Origin: Gemmatimonadaceae bacterium
Lineage (GTDB): Bacteria; Gemmatimonadota; Gemmatimonadetes; Gemmatimonadales; Gemmatimonadaceae
DNA: 64,000 bases
NCBI GenBank assembly: GCA_036560265.1
Contig: DATBRO010000268.1
Span: forward strand, 8,508 to 72,507
Reading direction: 5' to 3'
Below, piece by piece: positions 38,004 through 45,324 of this stretch; the first letter of the stretch is position 1; every line of letters begins with the position of its first letter. The translations under genes were made by a program, and so were the position numbers. A model generated the notes under the pieces. The model was not told the origin of the DNA and made no database searches. It saw only the letters and a program-made list of their open reading frames with translations.

Positions 38004-38660
38004 TTAGTACGCGCCGTCCGGATTCGCTTCGCCTGAAGGATCCGCTTCGCCTGAAGCCAGTATCCAACCGGAGAAATGGCCAACGTTGAACGTGGCCGTG
38101 TGCGTGAAGAGGCTCAGGAACGCCGGGACCGTTTCGGTCACAATGGCCAAGCCATCCGCGTTCAACTCGAGGTTGTCGCCCTCGAAGTGAGCACCGCTGA
38201 GTAGCGACGAGCCCAGCAAGCCAACGTCGGTACCATCTGTATTCTGCGTCAGCGACACCTTCTTGCTGAACGTCAAATGCGGCTCGAAACGATACGCGAC
38301 GGGCGCTCCCGCAAGAGCCGTTACCGTGATCGTCTCTGTCGAGCTAAGCGCGCCATAGGGAATTACGATCGTGAGACCCACCTCTGAATTCGACGATACG
38401 GCACCACCGGGACCGGCCGTAAACGACCAGCTCACGTCGGCCGGAAGAGGCGTCGTGCGATGGACGGGCGGAATCAGAAGGCCAGTCAGCGTGTTGACGG
38501 TTCCGCCGATTACGCCGCCGAGGCCCAGCAGATTCTGCGGGGTTGATCCCACTCCCTGAATCGAGGGCGCGGTGGGAGCGACGTCGCTACAAGCGGTGCC
38601 AACCAGGGCCACGGCGACCGCAATCCCAATGAACACGCTGACGCTCTTCCTCATTTCCAT
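38004..38660 (-). CDS. Secreted lipoprotein of unknown function
   Basis: Lipobox in MEMRKSVSVFIGIAVAVALVGTACSD. The mature part is Gly/Thr/Ser-rich and beta-strand-like. The C-terminus has GEADPSGEANPDG from an 18-nt direct repeat. GGAG precedes the ATGs at 38660 and 38654. Confidence 0.7.
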   Translation of the reverse strand: MEMRKSVSVFIGIAVAVALVGTACSDVAPTAPSIQGVGSTPQNLLGLGGVIGGTVNTLTGLLIPPVHRTTPLPADVSWSFTAGPGGAVSSNSEVGLTIVIPYGALSSTETITVTALAGAPVAYRFEPHLTFSKKVSLTQNTDGTDVGLLGSSLLSGAHFEGDNLELNADGLAIVTETVPAFLSLFTHTATFNVGHFSGWILASGEADPSGEANPDGAY

Positions 38661-38693
38661 CTCCGGTTATGCGGAAAGTTGCGTGTCTTCTAT

Positions 38694-38710
38694 AGCAACC
38701 TCTGGTCCAG
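38694..38710 (-). promoter_or_regulatory. Candidate sigma-54 (-24/-12) promoter
   Basis: The minus strand reads CTGGACCAGAGGTTGCT, against the consensus YTGGCACGrNNNTTGCW. The invariant GG and GC have canonical spacing. The GC lies about 35 nt upstream of the lipoprotein ATG. Confidence 0.6.
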
Positions 38711-38843
38711 ATCGGCATATAGCGTTACAGCAACGGCTTACGAAATAATGACATTTGTGATCCACGCACTATTGTAACGTTCCATTACATACCCCGCCAG
38801 ATGACATATAACATAACGTTGCAGCTATAACGGATCAGCCCGG

Positions 38844-38870
38844 AACAAAACGGCCCCAACTAGGGGGCCG
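38844..38870 (-). terminator. Rho-independent terminator of the efflux operon
   Basis: The minus strand reads CGGCCCC-ctagt-TGGGGCCG followed by TTTTGTT, about 40 nt after the permease stop. Confidence 0.7.
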
Positions 38871-38910
38871 CAAAGATCGAGAACTTGGGCGCTTTACGCT
38901 GTGACGCGCG

Positions 38911-40131
38911 CTACTCGTATCGCAGCGCGATGATCGGATCCATGACTGCGGCACGGCGTGCTGGCCAGACGCCGAAGATCAGGCCGACCGCCGCCGAGAA
39001 CATGAAAGCCAGGGCGATCGCGCCGATCGAGATCTTCACGTTCCACGCGAACGCTTTGCTCATCGCTGTCGCTCCACCGCTCCCGACGACGATGCCGATG
39101 ATTCCGCCGAGGCAGCACAGCACAACTGCTTCGATCATGAACTGCAACAGGATGTTCGAGCGCGTCGCGCCGAGCGCCTTGCGAATGCCGATCTCCCGAG
39201 TGCGTTCGGTGACCGATACGAGCATGATGTTCATGATTCCGATGCCGCCGACGAGCAGACTCACGGCCGCGATGCCGGACAGCAAGTACGTGAACACCTG
39301 CGTCGTCTCACCGAGCGTGTTCAGGAAATCCGCTTGGCTGCGCATCTGGAAATCATCCGGCTGATTCTGCCGAAGACGGTGCTCGCGGCGGAGCGCTTTC
39401 TGAATGTCCGCCATTGCGTCGGGGATTTTCTCCTCGGTCGCCGCTAGCACGCTTATCGAGCGCAGACGATCGGTCCCGAACACGCGGAACCGGCCCGTGT
39501 TGAGCGGAATCAGAATCTGCTCGTCGGGATTGCCGAAGGGCGATGCTTGGCCCTTCGATTCGAGCACGCCCACGACGAGAAACTGGATGCCGCGGATGCG
39601 GATGTTCTCGCCCAAGAGTGCGTCGGTCGCCTCGAGCCCCATGTTGGTCGCAACCGCGGGTCCGACGACGGCGACGCGTTGTTTGGCCTCGTCTTCGTTG
39701 CGCGTGAACATCCGGCCAGCCATCAGCTTGTACCTGCGCACCTCGAGATAATTCGCGCTCGTTGCCACGACTGACGCGCTGCCGTTCTTGTTCTGCCACG
39801 TGACTTGGAGATTGCGGTTCATCTCCGGCTGGACTGCGGTCACGTTCTCCGCGCGGTCCTCGATGGCCTTGGCGTCATCCATCGTGAGCTTGGTATTCTG
39901 ATCAGCGATGACGATCCCCATCCCACGCTGTTGACCGGGCGTCACCGTCAGCAGCGTGGTGCCGAGCGACGCGATGCGCTCTTTGACGGCGGTCTGAGCG
40001 CCGGTGCCGAGAGCGACCATCGCGATCACGGCCGCGACGCCGATGACGATGCCAAGCATCGTCAGGAGCGAACGCAGTTTATTCGCCCGAAGTGCGCCAA
40101 GCGCGACGGAGATGATTTCGCCGAGGAGCAT
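38911..40131 (-). CDS. MacB/FtsX-type ABC transporter permease (no fused ATPase)
   Basis: N-terminal TM helix (ALRANKLRSLLTMLGIVIGVAAV), a roughly 220-aa periplasmic domain, then a three-TM FtsX module (ERTREIGIRKALGA). I prefer the ATG at 40129-40131, 16 nt after the adaptor stop. Confidence 0.85.
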   Translation of the reverse strand: MLLGEIISVALGALRANKLRSLLTMLGIVIGVAAVIAMVALGTGAQTAVKERIASLGTTLLTVTPGQQRGMGIVIADQNTKLTMDDAKAIEDRAENVTAVQPEMNRNLQVTWQNKNGSASVVATSANYLEVRRYKLMAGRMFTRNEDEAKQRVAVVGPAVATNMGLEATDALLGENIRIRGIQFLVVGVLESKGQASPFGNPDEQILIPLNTGRFRVFGTDRLRSISVLAATEEKIPDAMADIQKALRREHRLRQNQPDDFQMRSQADFLNTLGETTQVFTYLLSGIAAVSLLVGGIGIMNIMLVSVTERTREIGIRKALGATRSNILLQFMIEAVVLCCLGGIIGIVVGSGGATAMSKAFAWNVKISIGAIALAFMFSAAVGLIFGVWPARRAAVMDPIIALRYE

Positions 40132-40147
40132 GACGCGGTCGCTTGGG

Positions 40148-41866
40148 TTACCGCGGGCCACCGCCGCCCCCGCCCGGTCGCCCGCCGCCTCCAGGACCGC
40201 CACCGCCCTGGTTCATGCCGGGAACGCCACCCATGCCCTGTCGAAACCGATCGTTCTGCTGTTGACGCTGCGCCTGGAGCGCGAGCGAAGTGAGAAGCGC
40301 GACCTGTTCGCCCTCTCCGAGTCCGTTGATGACCTCAGTGTAGTCGAAATTTCCGGCGCCGAGCATCACCATGCGCGGCTCGAAGCTCTTGCCCTTCGCG
40401 ACGAAAACAAGTCCGGGACGAACGCGCAGCCCACTACCGCCACGCTCGGTGTTCCCGAGCTGGAGCTGCGGCTGTTGAGCGCCGCTCCCTGCTGGCGGAG
40501 CAGTGCCCTGCGCGCGCATCTCGCGGAAGCGGCAGGCGCCCGCGACTCGAGCATCGACGCCGAGCGCGGCGTAGATCTTTTGCGACTCCTCGCGCATCGC
40601 GTTGCGGTCGATCTCACCGCTCCGCATGCGGTCGCGCAGCGCATCGAGCTTCTTCGCTTCGGCAGGCTTCTTGTCCATCGCGGTCTTCACGGCCGCGCAA
40701 TCCTTGTCCGAGACTTCGGGCATCTGGAAGCCGCCACCCCCTCGACCGTCTTGCTGCGCGCCGAGCGCGACCTCGCCCGGTGAGGTAGTTGAGCGCTGCG
40801 CCGTCGTAGAGGCGCCACTCGAGTTCCCGCCGCGCATCCCGCCCCCACCGCCCCCCCCGCCCCCCCCGCCACTCCCCATCCCACCGCGGCCGCCCATCGC
40901 GCGGAGCTGCGCCTGGACGCTGTCCGGATTCAGCCCGAGCAGTGGTGCCGTGGCGACCGCTTCGCGCATGGTCTTCACCGCGTCGTTCGGTACGGCAAGC
41001 ACGTTCTTCCGCTCTTCGATCGTGACCGACACCTCGCCGTTCATTCCGGGCTTGAGCGCGCCGTCGAGGTTACTCAGCGTCACGAGCACGGGGAACATCG
41101 TGACTCCCTGCTGCACCACGGCTTGCGGCTCGATTTTTTCGACGACTCCGCTGAAACGGCGATCCGGATACGCGTCCACGATGACAGTCGCCACCTGCCC
41201 CGCACGGATCTGGCCGATGTCGGTTTCATTGAACTGCGCGCGCATCCGGACGCGACCCAAGTCGGCCATCTTGATCAGCGTCGTGCCGCCACCGAACGCG
41301 CCGGTCGCGGAGGTGATGACCATCCCCTGTGAAACGGTCTTCTCGATGACGGTCCCGGCGACAGGCGCGGTCACCGTCGCGTCCTCGAGCCGCTGCTTGG
41401 CGAGATCGAGGTTCGCCCGCGCGCGAACTACGGACGCGACGGCGTTCGCGTAGTCCAGTGCGGACGCTTCGTGCTCCTGCGCCGTGATGACGCGGGATTT
41501 GAACATCTCGTCCGAGCGGCGCTTCTGCGAGATCGAGACCTCCAGCTTCGCCTCGGCGGCCTTCACGTCCGCGTCCGCCTGGTTGTACTGATTTCGCACG
41601 TCTCGCGTATCGATCTGCGCAATGAGAGCGCCGGGTTTGACCTGTGTGCCGGTTTCCACCAGCATCCGCGTGATCAACCCCGACGCCTTCGACTTGACCT
41701 CCACGATGTTGATCGGCTCAACCACGCCATTGGCTTGCGCGTCGATGATGATGTCGCGCCGCGTGATCGGAGCAGTCGTAACCGACGGCGTCTTGGCTTT
41801 GTTGCGGCTGCACGCCGGAGCGAGCGCGATCGCGACAAGCGCGACGAAGAACAGAGAGCGCTTCAT
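40148..41866 (-). CDS. Periplasmic adaptor (membrane fusion protein, HlyD/MacA family) with a long low-complexity insertion
   Basis: Lipobox LAPAC, then lipoyl and coiled-coil hairpin features (APVAGTVIEK). An insertion of about 180 aa contains a run of 11 Gly, and the tail is Gly-rich. Confidence 0.85.
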   Translation of the reverse strand: MKRSLFFVALVAIALAPACSRNKAKTPSVTTAPITRRDIIIDAQANGVVEPINIVEVKSKASGLITRMLVETGTQVKPGALIAQIDTRDVRNQYNQADADVKAAEAKLEVSISQKRRSDEMFKSRVITAQEHEASALDYANAVASVVRARANLDLAKQRLEDATVTAPVAGTVIEKTVSQGMVITSATGAFGGGTTLIKMADLGRVRMRAQFNETDIGQIRAGQVATVIVDAYPDRRFSGVVEKIEPQAVVQQGVTMFPVLVTLSNLDGALKPGMNGEVSVTIEERKNVLAVPNDAVKTMREAVATAPLLGLNPDSVQAQLRAMGGRGGMGSGGGGGGGGGGGMRGGNSSGASTTAQRSTTSPGEVALGAQQDGRGGGGFQMPEVSDKDCAAVKTAMDKKPAEAKKLDALRDRMRSGEIDRNAMREESQKIYAALGVDARVAGACRFREMRAQGTAPPAGSGAQQPQLQLGNTERGGSGLRVRPGLVFVAKGKSFEPRMVMLGAGNFDYTEVINGLGEGEQVALLTSLALQAQRQQQNDRFRQGMGGVPGMNQGGGGPGGGGRPGGGGGGPR

Positions 41867-41868
41867 GA

Positions 41869-43197
41869 TCAGGACAAGTCGCGGCCGATGATCGCTTCGA
41901 TCTGGGCGCGCGCGATCCGATAGTCCTGACGGGCCTGGATCAGCGCGGCGCGGGCCTGGTTGAGCTGCGATTGAGACGTGAGAAGGTCCAGCAGCGTCGA
42001 GGCGCCGAGCGAATACCGCTGCTGCTGGACGCGAAGATCTTCCTGCGCTGCCAGCACCGATGCCTGCTGAATACGAATGCGCTCTTCCGCGGTGCGCAGC
42101 GCGCCGAGCTGCTGCACGAGGCTCTGCTGCGCGGCGAGGCGGGCGTCGCGGAATTGTGCCTCGGCGTTGTCTTGCGCCACCCGCGCGCGGACCTGCTGAT
42201 CCTCGCGGCTGAAGTTGTTGAAGAGCGGATAATTCAATCGAACATTGAAGCTTTGACCGTACGCATACGGGCCAAAATTCACTTGATAGCTGCTGTCCTG
42301 GCGATTGCCGTTGTAGTTGTACGACAGCGTGATCGTCGGCAGGTACGTCGATTTTGCCGAGCGTGCCGCGGCATTGGCCGCGCGCAGCTGCATGCTGGCT
42401 TCCTGCACCGCCGGGCCCTCGAGTGCCATGCGATCGAGCGACGCGCTGTCGACGTGCGTGATCGGTAGATCCACGGTGTCCGCGGGATTCGCGGTAACGA
42501 CGAACGGAGTGCCGACGAGTCGTGTGAGCGAGGCGCTCGCCACGCGAACGCCGTTCTCGGCGGTGATCAGCGCCAGTCGCGCGTTGCCGACCTGGATGAG
42601 CGATCGCAGCGAGTCGGACATCGTCGCTGCGCCGGCCTGGACCCGCGCGACCGCGGCCGCCAACTGCGCCTGGGCCTGCTCCAGCTGCGCGCGAGCCGCG
42701 GCTTCAGATTCGCGGGCGGCGAGGATGTTCGCGTACTGCGTTTTCACCTGTAGCGCGATAGTGAACCGTTGCGCGACCTCGTTGGCTTCGGCGGCGTCTT
42801 CGTCCGCCTTGCGCGCGTTCAAGTCGCTGAACCGGCGGAACCCATCGAAGAGCTCGAGGTTCGCCCCCAATCCCGCCGAGTACTGCCAGGGAGAGAATGG
42901 CGTCGTCACCGGTCCGCGGAGCGGATCGAAGCGCTGTCCACTCTGCTTGCTCTGGGCCATGCTCGCGGAAACGCTCGGCAGAAACGCGCCGTAGGCGGAG
43001 CGGACCGCGGACGCCGTCGTGCGCAGTTGCCCGCGGGCCTGTACGGCCGCCGGCGCATTGCGTTGTGCGAGCGAGACGGCCTCCTGTAGGGAAATCGGAT
43101 GCAGAGAGTCCTGCGAGACCATCGTCGCGGTGCTTTGTGCGGCCGCGACGCTCAGTGGAGCGATTGTCGAAAGGACGAGCAACTGCCTCAACATCAT
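41869..43197 (-). CDS. TolC-family outer membrane efflux protein
   Basis: Signal peptide MMLRQLLVLSTIAPLSVAAAQS and two repeats of the TolC coiled-coil/beta pattern. The track ORF extension to 43494 overlaps the upstream gene. Confidence 0.85.
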   Translation of the reverse strand: MMLRQLLVLSTIAPLSVAAAQSTATMVSQDSLHPISLQEAVSLAQRNAPAAVQARGQLRTTASAVRSAYGAFLPSVSASMAQSKQSGQRFDPLRGPVTTPFSPWQYSAGLGANLELFDGFRRFSDLNARKADEDAAEANEVAQRFTIALQVKTQYANILAARESEAAARAQLEQAQAQLAAAVARVQAGAATMSDSLRSLIQVGNARLALITAENGVRVASASLTRLVGTPFVVTANPADTVDLPITHVDSASLDRMALEGPAVQEASMQLRAANAAARSAKSTYLPTITLSYNYNGNRQDSSYQVNFGPYAYGQSFNVRLNYPLFNNFSREDQQVRARVAQDNAEAQFRDARLAAQQSLVQQLGALRTAEERIRIQQASVLAAQEDLRVQQQRYSLGASTLLDLLTSQSQLNQARAALIQARQDYRIARAQIEAIIGRDLS

Positions 43198-43199
43198 CG

Positions 43200-43601
43200 T
43201 CACCTGCACGCGTTCGTCGTTTTCTTCGCAATCGAGTCGCGCCGCGCCTTCTCCAGACTGTCGCGGCGCTCCATCTCTTTTCTGCGGAGCTCGAGCTTCG
43301 CCTGCTGCCCGGGCGTGAGGATCTGCAGCATCTGCTGATGCGCGACCTTCTTGATGGAATCGAGCTGTGGTCTCACGGGCCGCATGACCGCGCCGATCTG
43401 GCAATTTCGCTCGTCGAGGAGTGAATCCATCGTCGAACGCTGTGCCTCTGACAGTGCGAGGTCGTCGTACATGCGATTGCGAGAGGGTCCCCAATGCCCC
43501 TTCTCATGACCGAGCACACGATCGGCCGAGAAGCCGAGCACGCCGCCCACGAGAACGGCACCGAGCAGAAACATCAGAGCTTGTTGCTTGGAACGCTGCA
43601 T
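43200..43601 (-). CDS. Spy/CpxP/ZraP-family periplasmic protein (LTXXQ motifs)
   Basis: N-terminal TM/signal sequence and two LTXXQ-type motifs (LSEAQ, LTPGQ) in a helical 133-aa protein. Confidence 0.6.
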   Translation of the reverse strand: MQRSKQQALMFLLGAVLVGGVLGFSADRVLGHEKGHWGPSRNRMYDDLALSEAQRSTMDSLLDERNCQIGAVMRPVRPQLDSIKKVAHQQMLQILTPGQQAKLELRRKEMERRDSLEKARRDSIAKKTTNACR

Positions 43602-43614
43602 CGATCAGATCCTT

Positions 43615-43992
43615 TTAACGGTTCGTCATGAGATAACGGAACGTGGCCTCACGATGCTCCTGCAGCACGGGGCGGACGGCGGTTTCAACGGGCAGCGCTG
43701 TCGGCGTGAGCATCGCTTCGTAGGCCCCGTCCTGCTGCACCTGGTGGTCGCGGAACAGTGCGACGCCGGCGGCGAGCAGTACCACAGCCGCGGCGACGAG
43801 CGCGGGCCGCATCCAGCGGTCGAGCTCGTCCCACCATGTGATGCTATGCGATGTCTCGGTCAGCCGGGAGAGAATCCTGGCCTCGAGGCTGCGCCAATAG
43901 CCGTCGCCGGCAGGCGCGGCGTACAGCTGACGCAGCCCACGGGTGACGTCATCATCGCCGCGATCAGTGTGCAGCTTCAGATCATCGCTCAT
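43615..43992 (-). CDS. Putative anti-sigma factor (single-pass membrane protein)
   Basis: Its ATG overlaps the sigma-factor stop (ATGA at 43989-43992). One TM helix (PALVAAAVVLLAAGVALF). No recognisable family. Confidence 0.45.
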   Translation of the reverse strand: MSDDLKLHTDRGDDDVTRGLRQLYAAPAGDGYWRSLEARILSRLTETSHSITWWDELDRWMRPALVAAAVVLLAAGVALFRDHQVQQDGAYEAMLTPTALPVETAVRPVLQEHREATFRYLMTNR

Positions 43993-44585
43993 GTATCACT
44001 CCGTACGTCGTTCAACAGGCGCCGCAGAGCGGCGCGCGCATGATGCAGGTCCGATCGGGCCGTCCCCTCGGGGATTCCGAGCATCGAGCCGATCTCGCCG
44101 TGTGTGTACCCCTCCACATCGTGCAGCACAATCACCGCACGTTGCCGGTCCGTGAGATGGGTCAGCGCGTCGGCAAGGCGCCGCCGCAGCTCATCCGACT
44201 CTCCCGGATCCCGGAAGGGCAGGGCAACAGTTTCCGGCAGCTCCTCCGCGTCGCGAACTTTGCGCCGCCGAACTAGATCCAACGCGGCGTTCGCCACGAT
44301 GCGATTGAGCCAGGCGCCGAAGGGCTGATCGGAGCGGAACCGGTCCAGCGCGCGATACGCGTGGAGAAATCCGTCTTGAACTGCGTCCTCGGCATCTTCG
44401 TGCGAGAACACGATCGCCCGCGCCACTGCGTATGCCCGCCGCTTGTGCAAGCGGACCAACTCGGCGAACGCCGTCTCACTGCCCTTTTGCGCAGCGATGA
44501 CGTAGTCGCGCTCGGTCGTACCCTTCGCCTCGTCAGTCGACATCCACAGCGACGGGAGCGGTCGTAACGCGATCGCGGCGGTCAT
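43989..44585 (-). CDS. ECF-type RNA polymerase sigma-70 family factor
   Basis: Region 2 (FAELVRLHKRRAYAVARAIV...DAVQDGFLHAYRAL) and region 4 (LTDRQRAVIVLHDVEGYTHGEIGSMLGIPEGTARSDLHHAR). GGAGAG precedes the ATG at 44583-44585. The ATG at 44541-44543 is an alternative. Confidence 0.85.
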   Translation of the reverse strand: MTAAIALRPLPSLWMSTDEAKGTTERDYVIAAQKGSETAFAELVRLHKRRAYAVARAIVFSHEDAEDAVQDGFLHAYRALDRFRSDQPFGAWLNRIVANAALDLVRRRKVRDAEELPETVALPFRDPGESDELRRRLADALTHLTDRQRAVIVLHDVEGYTHGEIGSMLGIPEGTARSDLHHARAALRRLLNDVRSDT

Positions 44586-44614
44586 GCTCTCCGGAAAGAA
44601 TTGTCCTACCAGAA

Positions 44615-44641
44615 GTACGCACCGCCGCCCGGGTACGTTGG
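44615..44641 (-). promoter_or_regulatory. Candidate ECF-type promoter (CCAAC-N17-CGTAC)
   Basis: The minus strand reads CCAAC gtacccgggcggcggtg CGTAC, about 30 nt upstream of the sigma-factor ATG. It has the AAC/CGT layout typical of autoregulated ECF promoters. Confidence 0.3.
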
Positions 44642-44688
44642 AGGGGCGATTGAGGATAAGGGAGGGAGGAGGAAGGCTGGTCCATCCT

Positions 44689-45324
44689 CTATCCTCCATC
44701 CGCCGCCCTCGGAATGCTCGGTTCGCTGGCCGCGGGAGTGCCAAGAAGTCCGAGGGACTCGGCGGCGCCACTCATCGCGTCCACCACGAACTGGATATGC
44801 GCGTCGAGATCGACGCCGAGCTCCTGTGCGCCGGTCAGCACGTCCTCGCGATTGACTCCACGCGCGAAGGCCTTGTCCTTCATCTTCTTTTTGACTGAGC
44901 GCGCATCCACCTCGAGTATGCTTCGCGAGGGCCGCACGAGAGCCGTGGCGGTCACCAAACCGGTGAGCTCGTCGACAGCGAACAGGGCCCTGGCCATGCG
45001 AGATTCCCGGGAAACGCCGCTATACGTGGCGTGGCCGAGTATCGCCTGGAGTATGTCCTCGGGCCAGCCGCGCCCGCGAAGGACACCAACGCCGTGCGCT
45101 GGATGACCCTCCGTCGGCGAATGCTCGCTGTTCGGGTAGCGCTCATAGTCGAAGTCATGGATGAGACCTGCGAGCCCCCAACGCTCCGGGTCCTCCCCAA
45201 ACTTGGTCGCGTACGCGCGCATCGCCGCCTCGACGGCGAGCATGTGCTTGCGGAGCGAGTCGCTCTGCGTGTACTCGTGCTGGAGGGCGAGCGCTTCTTC
45301 GCGGGACGGTAGGCTAGTCGGCAT
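44689..45324 (-). CDS. HD-domain metal-dependent phosphohydrolase
   Basis: MPTSLPSREEALALQHEYTQSDSLRKHMLAVEAAMRAYA...GLIHDFDYE (HD motif). ATG at 45322-45324. Confidence 0.8.
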   Translation of the reverse strand: MPTSLPSREEALALQHEYTQSDSLRKHMLAVEAAMRAYATKFGEDPERWGLAGLIHDFDYERYPNSEHSPTEGHPAHGVGVLRGRGWPEDILQAILGHATYSGVSRESRMARALFAVDELTGLVTATALVRPSRSILEVDARSVKKKMKDKAFARGVNREDVLTGAQELGVDLDAHIQFVVDAMSGAAESLGLLGTPAASEPSIPRAADGG

